Made by a program: the position numbers and the translations under genes. From contig CAJQLD010000021.1 of assembly GCA_905479095.1 (NCBI GenBank), positions 36,837-100,836 on the forward strand: a stretch of 64,000 bases of DNA. Direction: 5' to 3'. Under the pieces are notes generated by a model that was not told where the DNA came from, did no database searches, and was given only the letters and a program-made list of their open reading frames with translations. This document shows, piece after piece, positions 47,637-56,593 of this stretch. How positions within the stretch are numbered: position 1 is the first letter of the stretch; each line of letters starts with the position of its first letter. This DNA comes from an uncultured Flavobacteriaceae bacterium. Lineage in GTDB: Bacteria; Bacteroidota; Bacteroidia; Flavobacteriales; Flavobacteriaceae.

Positions 47637-47662
47637 AAAAATGTTAATATTTGTTTAATTGT
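47637..47662 (+). repeat. Exact 26-bp direct repeat, copy 2
   Basis: Identical to 41991-42016; upstream of the folE/tspO/phr operon. Confidence 0.85.
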
Positions 47663-47712
47663 TAATGTAAATGACTCAACATTATGTATGTTTGATTACT
47701 TAAACATTACTA

Positions 47713-48141
47713 TTGGTTCTAGATACAACATACTACAACAAGGAACATCGACAAATATTTGAAAATTTTGTTGGCAAACCTTACACTTTCTTTGAAGCTA
47801 TAAAACGCCGTGGCGTTGGCTCAAAACGGATGATTGTCGACAAAGTAAGTGTAAACTTAAATCCAATTTTAAATACGGTTTCCGATCTAAATTATGCTAA
47901 TATTGAAATGCGAAAAAAAGGCATTTTAATTCATATCACTAAAGGACAACAGAATTTCACATGGGCCATCCCATTTTATCATTTGGTAGTATACAAAACA
48001 GATGGGATGAGTATTCATGCTCAAGGAAAGTTCATCCACTTCAAAAAGTCGAGAAATTTCTATGAAAATAAGAATTTTTTAAGATCTTTATTGGAAGAAA
48101 AAATACAGTTTGACGAACAATATAAACTTCCTGTATCATGA
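47713..48141 (+). CDS. Hypothetical protein
   Basis: 142-aa ORF, first gene of the operon, stop overlaps next start; no motif recognised. Confidence 0.7.
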   Translation: MVLDTTYYNKEHRQIFENFVGKPYTFFEAIKRRGVGSKRMIVDKVSVNLNPILNTVSDLNYANIEMRKKGILIHITKGQQNFTWAIPFYHLVVYKTDGMSIHAQGKFIHFKKSRNFYENKNFLRSLLEEKIQFDEQYKLPVS

Positions 48142-48410
48142 ATTTTAATACTGTAGAATTGGATCGAATTATAGAAATGGCTTGGGAAGATCGCACGACT
48201 TTTGAAGCGATTGAACATCAATTCAAATTGAGTGAACAAGAAGTAATCAAAATTATGCGTACCTACATGAAACCCAAAAGTTTCCGATTGTGGCGAGCAC
48301 GGGTTCAAGGTAGAAAAACAAAACACCAAAAATTAAGATCATTTGAATCTGGAAGATTTAAATGCACGAGACAACGACAAATAACTCATAACAAAATATC
48401 AAAGCGTTAA
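48138..48410 (+). CDS. TIGR03643/DUF2805 family protein
   Basis: RIIEMAWEDRTTFEAI, SFRLWRARVQGRKTKH. Confidence 0.88.
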   Translation: MNFNTVELDRIIEMAWEDRTTFEAIEHQFKLSEQEVIKIMRTYMKPKSFRLWRARVQGRKTKHQKLRSFESGRFKCTRQRQITHNKISKR

Positions 48411-48418
48411 AATAAATT

Positions 48419-49108
48419 ATGAATAATCAAGTTACTGAAGATGAAAAGGATCTGTTAAATGGATTTTCGAACCATGAAATTGGTGATGACCACCTTTTTA
48501 CGGGCTTAGAAACGCCAATGAAGAAAGACGCTTTTAAAGTATCCGACCAAGAAAAGAAAAAGAAAATTGCTGTTTTATTTGAAGAAATAATGGATGTTTT
48601 AGGATTAGACCTTACAGACGATTCTCTTAAGGGAACTCCTGAACGTGTTGCAAAAATGTATATTGATGAAATATTTTCTGGATTAAACTCTAAAAATAAA
48701 CCAAAAGTTGCGTTATTTGAAAATAAATATCGATACAACCAGATGTTGGTTGAAAAAGACATTACTTTTTATTCGAACTGTGAACATCACTTTGTTCCCA
48801 TTATTGGGAAAGCGCATGTTGCCTACATTTCATCAGGAAAAGTAATTGGTTTATCAAAATTGAACCGAATTGTACAGTATTACGCCAAAAGGCCACAAGT
48901 TCAAGAACGATTGACCAATCAAATTGCAGAAGAATTAAAAGGCATATTAGGAACCGAAGATGTAGCTGTCATTATTGACGCGAAGCATTTATGTGTTTCC
49001 TCTAGAGGAATTAAAGACGATACCTCTGCAACTGTTACCGCTTTTTATGGTGGTGCATTTAATACCTCAGCAAAAATTGCTGAATTACAAAATTATTTAA
49101 AACTATAA
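48419..49108 (+). CDS. folE: GTP cyclohydrolase I
   Basis: TPERVAKMY, SNCEHHFVP, GLSKLNRIV, RPQVQERLT, HLCVSSRG. Confidence 0.97.
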   Translation: MNNQVTEDEKDLLNGFSNHEIGDDHLFTGLETPMKKDAFKVSDQEKKKKIAVLFEEIMDVLGLDLTDDSLKGTPERVAKMYIDEIFSGLNSKNKPKVALFENKYRYNQMLVEKDITFYSNCEHHFVPIIGKAHVAYISSGKVIGLSKLNRIVQYYAKRPQVQERLTNQIAEELKGILGTEDVAVIIDAKHLCVSSRGIKDDTSATVTAFYGGAFNTSAKIAELQNYLKL

Positions 49109-49110
49109 CT

Positions 49111-49335
49111 ATGGATGTTATTAAACAAGCTGAAGCTTTTGAACTCAAACCACTCACATTTAAAACGACGAGTGAGCGAATCGAAGCATCAAGAGAAGTA
49201 AAAGGATTAATATTGGGAATCAACGAGATTTATAAAACCAGTCAAGATCCTAAATTAATGGATCAAATGAAACGCTTAACTGCGATAAAACAAAAAATTG
49301 AAAAACGTTTAAAAGGGCGTCCACTAAGAGCATGA
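49111..49335 (+). CDS. Small hypothetical protein
   Basis: 74-aa helical ORF tightly packed in the operon. Confidence 0.65.
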   Translation: MDVIKQAEAFELKPLTFKTTSERIEASREVKGLILGINEIYKTSQDPKLMDQMKRLTAIKQKIEKRLKGRPLRA

Positions 49336-50015
49336 AAAAAATTATTATTATTGGGGGGAGTAAAGGCATTGGAAAAGCAATTACCGAAAATCTTCTTAAG
49401 GAGTATGAAGTCGTCAACATCAGCCGAACCCCACCAGATTTCCAACATGCTAATTTATCGCACCATACTTGTGATATATTAACGGATGAATTACCAGAAA
49501 TTGAAGCAGCGGATAGCTTAATCTACTGTCCAGGAAGCATCAACTTAAAACCTTTTAATAGGCTAAAATTAGATGATTTTAGAACGGATTTTGAAATCAA
49601 TGTGATTGGTGCCGTTAAATCAATTCAAGCCTATACAAAAGCTCTGTCACAGAGTGAATCGGCTTCAATTGTGTTGTTTAGTACGGTTGCCACAAAATTA
49701 GGAATGCCTTTTCATGCAAGTGTCGCCACGGCAAAATCCGCAGTTGAAGGACTCACAAAATCAGTGGCTGCTGACTTAGCACCTACCATTCGAGTGAATG
49801 CAATTGCGCCAACGATTACAGACACGGAATTAGCAGCTAAATTTCTTAGAAATGAACGTATGATTGAAAGTACAATTCAGCGTCATCCTCTCAAAAAATA
49901 TTTAGCACCTTCAGAAGTCGCTGCAATGGCTGAATACCTAATTTCGGATGTGTCTAAATCAATTTCAGGACAAATATTTAACTTAGATTGCGGGATTGTG
50001 TCTCTAAAATTATAA
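49332..50015 (+). CDS. Short-chain dehydrogenase/reductase, atypical active site
   Basis: GGSKGIG nucleotide motif, RVNAIAP; YxxxK appears as VATAK. Confidence 0.85.
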   Translation: MKKIIIIGGSKGIGKAITENLLKEYEVVNISRTPPDFQHANLSHHTCDILTDELPEIEAADSLIYCPGSINLKPFNRLKLDDFRTDFEINVIGAVKSIQAYTKALSQSESASIVLFSTVATKLGMPFHASVATAKSAVEGLTKSVAADLAPTIRVNAIAPTITDTELAAKFLRNERMIESTIQRHPLKKYLAPSEVAAMAEYLISDVSKSISGQIFNLDCGIVSLKL

Positions 50016-50016
50016 A

Positions 50017-50571
50017 ATGAGATTATTAATAGTAGTGGTTATCATAGCTGTAATAACATTTTCAATTCAATCTAAATCGCAATCAAAAATTAACCAAAGT
50101 ATGTCTTTATATAACATTGAAATAAATAGTATTGATGGCAGTCCCATCAATCTAAACGAGTACAAAGGAAAACACCTTCTGTTTGTGAATGTTGCATCTG
50201 AATGTGGCTTTACTGGACAATATGAAGACCTTCAAAAACTATACGATACGTATCAAGATAAGTTGATGGTAATAGGAGTTCCTTGCAATCAATTTGGTGG
50301 CCAAGAACCTGGGAATTCTGATGAGATTCAATCCTTTTGTCAAAAAAACTACGGTGTTACATTTTTAATGACTGAGAAAATTGATGTTAATGGAGATTCG
50401 CAACACCCACTCTATCAATGGTTAACTAAAAAAGATATGAATGGTGTTAAAAGCACTTCCGTTAAATGGAATTTTCAAAAGTATTTGATCGATGGAAACG
50501 GACAGTTTGTAGATTACTTTTATTCAATCACAAAACCATTAAGTAGTAAAATAACCCGCCAATTTAAATAA
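50017..50571 (+). CDS. Glutathione peroxidase family protein
   Basis: FVNVASECGFT, VPCNQFGGQEPG, KWNFQKYLI; N-terminal hydrophobic segment. Confidence 0.93.
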   Translation: MRLLIVVVIIAVITFSIQSKSQSKINQSMSLYNIEINSIDGSPINLNEYKGKHLLFVNVASECGFTGQYEDLQKLYDTYQDKLMVIGVPCNQFGGQEPGNSDEIQSFCQKNYGVTFLMTEKIDVNGDSQHPLYQWLTKKDMNGVKSTSVKWNFQKYLIDGNGQFVDYFYSITKPLSSKITRQFK

Positions 50572-50574
50572 ATC

Positions 50575-50742
50575 ATGTTTGGAATTTTTAAGAAAAAATC
50601 ACCGATTGAAAAACTTCAGGAACGTTACAAAAAATTAATGTCAGAATGGCATCAACTTTCATCTACAGATCGCTCTGCGAGTGACGCTAAATATGCAGAA
50701 GCACAGTCGATTTTAAATGAAATCGAAAATCTTAGAGATTAA
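50575..50742 (+). CDS. Small protein, Lacal_2735-like (missing from ORF track)
   Basis: Manually translated 55 aa MFGIFKKKSPIEKLQERYKKLMSEWHQLSSTDRSASDAKYAEAQSILNEIENLRD; fills the gap exactly between gpx and tspO. Confidence 0.85.
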   Translation: MFGIFKKKSPIEKLQERYKKLMSEWHQLSSTDRSASDAKYAEAQSILNEIENLRD

Positions 50743-51204
50743 ATGAAATTTTACAAAGGATTAATCCTTTTTATAATCATTAATTTTAGTGCACTTGGTA
50801 TTGGAACTTGGCTCATGAACGGTGGTCCACAATCAGATTGGTACATTCTTCTTAATAAAGCGCCTTGGACGCCTCATGGATGGGTTTTTGGTGTGGCCTG
50901 GAGTAGTATTATGCTGCTGTTCTCTGTGTATATGGCGTATCTCATTCAAACAGACCGATCTCAAAAAGTAATTCTATTATTTAGTTTTCAATTTGTATTA
51001 AACGTGTTCTGGAACTACCTGTTTTTCAACCAACAACTCATCACCTTAGGCTTGCTTAATATTCTTTTTTTAACCTTACTGATGTTCTATTTTCTTGTGG
51101 CGTTTAAACATTCGCTTAAAAACAAAACTTTTTATGTCCTCCCCTATTGCATCTGGTTATTAATAGCGACTTCTTTAAATTTATACATCGCATTATACAA
51201 TTAA
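50743..51204 (+). CDS. tspO: TspO/MBR tryptophan-rich sensory protein
   Basis: WYILLNKAPWTPHGWVFGVAW, LNVFWNYLFF, PYCIWLLIATSLN. Confidence 0.92.
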   Translation: MKFYKGLILFIIINFSALGIGTWLMNGGPQSDWYILLNKAPWTPHGWVFGVAWSSIMLLFSVYMAYLIQTDRSQKVILLFSFQFVLNVFWNYLFFNQQLITLGLLNILFLTLLMFYFLVAFKHSLKNKTFYVLPYCIWLLIATSLNLYIALYN

Positions 51205-51205
51205 A

Positions 51206-51667
51206 ATGAAATTATACCGATTACATAAAAAGCAAAATTTCCCTATTAGTGTGGAAACAGCTTGGGAATTTTTATCAAATCCAAAAAATCTAAAAACCAT
51301 TACGCCAGAGTATATGAGTTTTGATATCATATCGGGGGCCGATCGTCCCATGTATGCAGGACAAATCATCCAATATATTGTAACACCAATTTTAGGAATC
51401 AAAACCAAATGGGTCACTGAAATTACCCAAGTTAAAGACCAACACTATTTTGTAGATGAACAACGGTATGGACCCTACGCGCTTTGGCATCACAAGCATT
51501 TTATTAAAGCAATTGATGGCGGTGTAGAAATGGAAGATATCATTGACTATAAAGTGCCACTTGGTTGGCTTGGGCAATTGGTACACCCGTTTATTGTGAA
51601 GCCTAAATTAGAAGAGATTTTTGCCCACAGACAAAAGAAATTAATCGAATTATTTGGAGTGTACTAA
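51206..51667 (+). CDS. SRPBCC family protein
   Basis: WEFLSNPKNLKTITP, FVDEQRYGPYALWHHKH. Confidence 0.88.
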   Translation: MKLYRLHKKQNFPISVETAWEFLSNPKNLKTITPEYMSFDIISGADRPMYAGQIIQYIVTPILGIKTKWVTEITQVKDQHYFVDEQRYGPYALWHHKHFIKAIDGGVEMEDIIDYKVPLGWLGQLVHPFIVKPKLEEIFAHRQKKLIELFGVY

Positions 51668-52971
51668 TGAAAAAAAAAGTTTCCCTATTTTGGTTTAGAA
51701 GAGATTTAAGACTGCACGATAACCACGGATTATTTGAAGCTTTACAGGCCAAGGAAGCGGTACTTCCTATTTTCATTTTTGATCCTGCTATTTTGGAATC
51801 CTTACCTAAAAATGACGCAAGAGTTGAATTTATTCACCACCAGCTAACTGAAATCAATGCAAGTTTACAAACACACGGAAGTGGTGTGGCTGTTTACCAT
51901 GGATCACCAGAAGTTATATTAGATAAAATTACAAATGAGTTTGATGTGAGTGCCGTGTATTACAATCATGATTATGAGCCCTATGCACTTGAAAGAGACG
52001 CCGCTATTTCAAAATTATTAGAATCAAAATCGATCGCTTTTAAATCCTACAAAGATCAGGTTATATTTGAGAAAAATCAAATTACAAAAGACGATGGACT
52101 GCCATATAAAGTCTATACACCCTTCTCTAAAAAATGGTTAGCAGCCTTTAATTCAGAAGACTGTAGGGCGTTTGATTCGGAGAACTTATTGGACCATACA
52201 CATAAATCAAAGTCATTGAATTGGGTCGATTTGAATGCTATAGGATTTGAACCCAATCCCGTTAAAGTTGCGCCCTACAAGGTTGAAAAAGAGATTATAG
52301 AGAATTATGAAGCCACACGAAATTTCCCTGCAGTTGATGGGACTTCAAAATTAGGGCCTCACTTACGATTTGGAACCGTGAGTGTTCGGGAAATCGTCGC
52401 TAAAGCGATTCGACATGAAAATATCACCTTTTTAAAAGAATTAATCTGGCGTGAGTTTTTTATGCAGATTTTATGGCATTTTCCGCATACCGTTACACGG
52501 AGTTTTAAACCACAATATGATGCCATTAAATGGCGTAATGATCCCGAAGAATTTAAAAAATGGTGTGATGGTACTACCGGCTATCCACTAGTAGATGCTG
52601 GCATGCGAGAGTTAAATCAAACTGGATTTATGCACAACCGCGTTCGTATGTTGGTGGGTAGTTTTTTGTGTAAGCACCTTTTGATCGATTGGCGTTTGGG
52701 TGAAGCTTATTTTGCAGAAAAGCTCCATGACTTTGAACTTTCAAGCAATGTAAGTAATTGGCAATGGGTGGCTGGATGTGGGGTTGATGCTGCGCCGTAT
52801 TTTAGAATTTTCAATCCGACGACACAAGTCACTAATTTCGACAAAGCGCATACATACATTAAAAAATGGGTGCCAGAGTATCAGGAGTTAACGTATCCTA
52901 CGCCAATGGTGGATCATAAATTTGCTAGAGAACGTTGCCTCACAACGTATAAAGAAGCCCTAGCGAAGTAG
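51667..52971 (+). CDS. phr: CPD (deoxyribodipyrimidine) photolyase
   Basis: FWFRRDLRLHDN, YKVYTPF, TSKLGPHLRFG, ELIWREF, GTTGYPLVDAGMR, MHNRVRM, DAAPYFRIFNP. Confidence 0.94.
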   Translation: MKKKVSLFWFRRDLRLHDNHGLFEALQAKEAVLPIFIFDPAILESLPKNDARVEFIHHQLTEINASLQTHGSGVAVYHGSPEVILDKITNEFDVSAVYYNHDYEPYALERDAAISKLLESKSIAFKSYKDQVIFEKNQITKDDGLPYKVYTPFSKKWLAAFNSEDCRAFDSENLLDHTHKSKSLNWVDLNAIGFEPNPVKVAPYKVEKEIIENYEATRNFPAVDGTSKLGPHLRFGTVSVREIVAKAIRHENITFLKELIWREFFMQILWHFPHTVTRSFKPQYDAIKWRNDPEEFKKWCDGTTGYPLVDAGMRELNQTGFMHNRVRMLVGSFLCKHLLIDWRLGEAYFAEKLHDFELSSNVSNWQWVAGCGVDAAPYFRIFNPTTQVTNFDKAHTYIKKWVPEYQELTYPTPMVDHKFARERCLTTYKEALAK

Positions 52972-53550
52972 CTATAGTTTTTTGACATATTGAGTGATAA
53001 TCACAATGTGCTTCCCATCAACTTTCCCTTCAATATAAGTCTCATTTTCATGATCTAATGAGATGCGTCTCACTGCGGTCCCTTGTTTGGCAACCATACT
53101 CGTCCCTTTGACTTTCAAATCTTTAATTAGAACCACACTATCGCCTGTTTCTAAAATAACGCCATTCACATCTCTGTGAATAAGTTTGGTCCCTTCTTCC
53201 ACACCATCGCCAAGCGCCTTTGCCAGCTCTAATGTTTCATCGTCCAAATACATCATGTCTATCAAATCTTGAGACCAACCGGCTGAAATGACGCGATTTA
53301 ACATGCGCCATGCGATAATTTGTACAGGAATAAATTCACTCCACATACTGTCATTAAGACACCGCCAGTGGTTGGGATTAATTAAATCTGAATCTTCGAT
53401 TTGTGAGGTACACGTTTTACATGCATAAATACTATCCGTAAGGTCTATTTTCTTGGAGGGTTGAAGCGTATAAACGTTTAGGTTTTCAGTGGCTTTACAA
53501 AGCTCACAGGCCTGCTGGCTACGTTCTTGAAGTGCTTTTTCTATGTTCAT
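52972..53550 (-). CDS. PhnA domain protein (zinc ribbon plus C-terminal PhnA domain)
   Basis: CELC...CKTC, HWRCLNDSMWS, DVNGVILETGDSVVLIKDLKVKG. Confidence 0.85.
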   Translation of the reverse strand: MNIEKALQERSQQACELCKATENLNVYTLQPSKKIDLTDSIYACKTCTSQIEDSDLINPNHWRCLNDSMWSEFIPVQIIAWRMLNRVISAGWSQDLIDMMYLDDETLELAKALGDGVEEGTKLIHRDVNGVILETGDSVVLIKDLKVKGTSMVAKQGTAVRRISLDHENETYIEGKVDGKHIVIITQYVKKL

Positions 53551-54860
53551 GAGTCAATGCGTTCAATCTTGGCACCAATAGCACGCAAGCGATCATCAAT
53601 ATTTTCGTAACCACGATCAATTTGTTCAATATTGTGGATTGTTGAGGTTCCTTTGGCAGAAAGTGCCGCGATTAATAAAGAGACGCCCGCTCTAATATCT
53701 GGAGAGGTCATAGTCGTTGCTTTTAGGCTTGATTTAAAATCATGTCCAATCACAGACGCACGGTGTGGGTCACAAAGGATAATTTTTGCGCCCATATCAA
53801 TCAACTTATCGACAAAGAATAAACGGCTTTCAAACATTTTTTGATGGATAAGAACACTGCCTCTTGCTTGTGTTGCAACCACCAAAATAATACTTAATAA
53901 ATCGGGGGTAAATCCAGGCCAAGGGGCATCAGAAATGGTTAAAATTGAACCATCAATATAGTTTTGAATTTCATAGCCGTCTGTATGGGCAGGAATAAAA
54001 ATATCCTCGCCTTTTCTTTCAATAGTAATTCCTAATTTTCCAAACACATTTGGAATCACACCTAAATCATCCCAACTGACATTTTTAATCGTTAATTCAC
54101 TTTTGGTCATTGCCGCTAATCCGATCCAACTTCCAATTTCAATCATATCGGGCAACATCGTATGTTCGGTACCTCCCAAGATTTTAACCCCTTCAATGGT
54201 GAGCATATTTGAGCCAATCCCCGAAATTTTGGCGCCCATTCTATTGAGCATTTTACAAAGTTGCTGTAGATACGGTTCACAAGCAGCATTGTATATAGTG
54301 GTGGTTCCTGTGGCTAAAACAGCAGCCATCACAATATTGGCAGTCCCTGTAACAGAGGCTTCGTCGAGCAACATATAAGTCCCCTTAAGTTCTTTTGCCT
54401 CGACCCCATAGAAATGATCTTCTCGGTTGTATCTAAAGTTGGCTCCTAGTTTAATAAACCCTTCAAAATGCGTATCTAAACGTCTACGTCCAATTTTATC
54501 ACCGCCTGGTTTTGGAATATATCCTTTTCCGAAGCGCGCTAAAAGCGGCCCTACAATCATGATGGATCCACGTAAACCACGACCATCGACTTTAAAAGCT
54601 TCCGTTTCTAAATACTCTAAATTAATCGCATCGGCCTGAAAAGAATAACTGCCTTTTGCTAACTTTTCAACTTTAACGCCCAGTTTTCCTAATAAAACAA
54701 TAAGCTTATTGACATCAATAATATCGGGGATATTGTGAATCGTAATTTTATCGGGAGATAATATAACGGCACATAATATTTGAAGGGCTTCATTTTTGGC
54801 ACCTTGTGGCTGAATGGCCCCTTTTAATTGGTGTCCGCCTTCAATTTTAAAAGTTTTCAA
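53547..54860 (-). CDS. murA: UDP-N-acetylglucosamine 1-carboxyvinyltransferase
   Basis: GAKNEAL, LRGSI, PGGDKIGRR (Asp at the Cys115-equivalent site), SVTGTAN, DIRAG, IDRGYE; TTG start. Confidence 0.96.
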   Translation of the reverse strand: MKTFKIEGGHQLKGAIQPQGAKNEALQILCAVILSPDKITIHNIPDIIDVNKLIVLLGKLGVKVEKLAKGSYSFQADAINLEYLETEAFKVDGRGLRGSIMIVGPLLARFGKGYIPKPGGDKIGRRRLDTHFEGFIKLGANFRYNREDHFYGVEAKELKGTYMLLDEASVTGTANIVMAAVLATGTTTIYNAACEPYLQQLCKMLNRMGAKISGIGSNMLTIEGVKILGGTEHTMLPDMIEIGSWIGLAAMTKSELTIKNVSWDDLGVIPNVFGKLGITIERKGEDIFIPAHTDGYEIQNYIDGSILTISDAPWPGFTPDLLSIILVVATQARGSVLIHQKMFESRLFFVDKLIDMGAKIILCDPHRASVIGHDFKSSLKATTMTSPDIRAGVSLLIAALSAKGTSTIHNIEQIDRGYENIDDRLRAIGAKIERIDS

Positions 54861-54912
54861 TGTTGAGTGATTTTAATGAGTAGTTAGCGTTACGTTCTAT
54901 TCTTTCTTCGTC

Positions 54913-55566
54913 CTAGTAACGTTTTCGATTTTTTTGATGGTTGTTGTTCTTTTTGGCTGGTTTCTTTTGAGAGGTAAATTTGCGTTGTACCTTAAGTAAA
55001 CTAGACACTTCACTTAACGCTTCCTTGCTATTACGTAAGTCAATTTTTCCATCCGATAATTCAAAAAGATGTCCAAAAATAACCACATCTTCTACTGTAT
55101 CTTTATTCCAATTTAGGAATGATTTTTTCATGTGATTGGCAATGGTATATTCCAAAGCTTCTTTCATTTCACCAGCTTCCCAAGTATTGGCTACATCAAT
55201 CATGGTTTTGATGTTATTTCCGTAAAAACGATATTTCGGAAAGTTTTGAGGATACTTTAAAGGCGCTGGCTTTATGCTTAACATTTCCTCTGTTGGCTTC
55301 TCAAAAGGGGAATCTGCATCTAATTTTAAATCAGACATGATAAATAATTGATCCCAAAGTTTGTGTTGAAAATCAGGCACATCACGTAAGTGAGGTTGCA
55401 TGTTTCCCATAACAGAAATAATAGCCTTTGCGAGGCGATTCCGTTCTTCTTTAGAGTCTTGAGCCACAGCATGGTTAATCATTTTCTGTAAATGTCTTCC
55501 ATATTCAGGAATGATTAAGTGTTCTCGTTCTGTATTATATTCTAGTTGATCTGTTAACGCTGTCAT
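54913..55566 (-). CDS. DUF4290 family protein
   Basis: LEYNTEREHLIIPEYGRHLQKM, KLWDQLFIMS; conserved Bacteroidota gene upstream of murA. Confidence 0.85.
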   Translation of the reverse strand: MTALTDQLEYNTEREHLIIPEYGRHLQKMINHAVAQDSKEERNRLAKAIISVMGNMQPHLRDVPDFQHKLWDQLFIMSDLKLDADSPFEKPTEEMLSIKPAPLKYPQNFPKYRFYGNNIKTMIDVANTWEAGEMKEALEYTIANHMKKSFLNWNKDTVEDVVIFGHLFELSDGKIDLRNSKEALSEVSSLLKVQRKFTSQKKPAKKNNNHQKNRKRY

Positions 55567-55663
55567 GTAGGCGATCTTTGTTTTAAAAAATTAAGTGCTT
55601 GCAAAATACAAAAAAATAGTGTGAGTCTAATAGTATTTTAAAAGTTGATTAAAAGCAGTGAAT

Positions 55664-55957
55664 TTACAGGGAAATAACGCCTTCAACTTGGCTTCCAACT
55701 TCTTTATATTTTACTATTACGTCCTCAGGGGTACGCATTACTACGTTAATTGAAACGCTGGTGTAATTCCCTTTTTTAGAAGGAATTGTATGGATTACCG
55801 CTCCCAGATTATCAAAAATAGACTCAATCGTTTTGATTTTTGAAAGGTCTGTTTTAACAATAAACTTATACAAATATTCAGAAGGCCATACGGAAGTGTC
55901 ATATAGCTTTTCCTTTAAATTATTATAAAACGCTTCTGGGTTAGATGATTTATCCAT
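55664..55957 (-). CDS. DUF493 (YbeD-like) protein
   Basis: WPSEYLYKFIV, SKKGNYTSVSI. Confidence 0.85.
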   Translation of the reverse strand: MDKSSNPEAFYNNLKEKLYDTSVWPSEYLYKFIVKTDLSKIKTIESIFDNLGAVIHTIPSKKGNYTSVSINVVMRTPEDVIVKYKEVGSQVEGVISL

Positions 55958-56047
55958 TGTTTAACTCTAAGTCCGCAAATATACATTATATCTGATTTTT
56001 TATTTCCCTTTTAAATCACGAATTTTACAAGAATTAAACAAAACAAC

Positions 56048-56593
56048 TTGAATACTCAAAAAATAGCATTGATTGGTGGTCCTAGTACAGGCAAAACAAC
56101 TTTAATTAACGCCCTTAAGGCAAAAGGCTATTATTGTATGGAAGAAATTTCTAGGCAAATCACCCTCGAAGCACAAGAAAAAGGCATTGAGCAATTGTTT
56201 TTGGAAGATCCTTTATTATTTAGTGAACAACTCTTATTGGGACGTCAAAAACAGTTTTTAGATGCAGACAAACTTTCTGATAAATTGGTGTTTTTTGATC
56301 GTGGCCTCCCAGATGTTGTGGCGTATTTAGACTATTTAAAAAGCAGCTATCCAGAATCTTTTAAAACGATTTGCAATCAACACCAGTATGACAAGGTATT
56401 CATCTTAAAACCCTGGAAAGCAATTTATGAGCAAGACAATGAACGTTACGAAACATTTGAACAAGCCCTTATCATTCATGACTTTCTAGTTAAATCTTAT
56501 ACGGAACACGGATATACCATTATTGACACTCCTTTTGGAACCATTGAAGAACGCATTGAATTTATTAAAAATCATTTAAATTCTCATGAATGA
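56048..56593 (+). CDS. AAA_28/NadR-like nucleotide kinase-fold ATPase
   Basis: GGPSTGKTT, FFDRGLPD, YEQDNERYE; TTG start. Confidence 0.8.
   Translation: MNTQKIALIGGPSTGKTTLINALKAKGYYCMEEISRQITLEAQEKGIEQLFLEDPLLFSEQLLLGRQKQFLDADKLSDKLVFFDRGLPDVVAYLDYLKSSYPESFKTICNQHQYDKVFILKPWKAIYEQDNERYETFEQALIIHDFLVKSYTEHGYTIIDTPFGTIEERIEFIKNHLNSHE

Noticed and set aside
53547-54860. MurA with Asp at the fosfomycin-reactive Cys position
   Set aside because: A known natural variant that I recall being common in Bacteroidota; not novel
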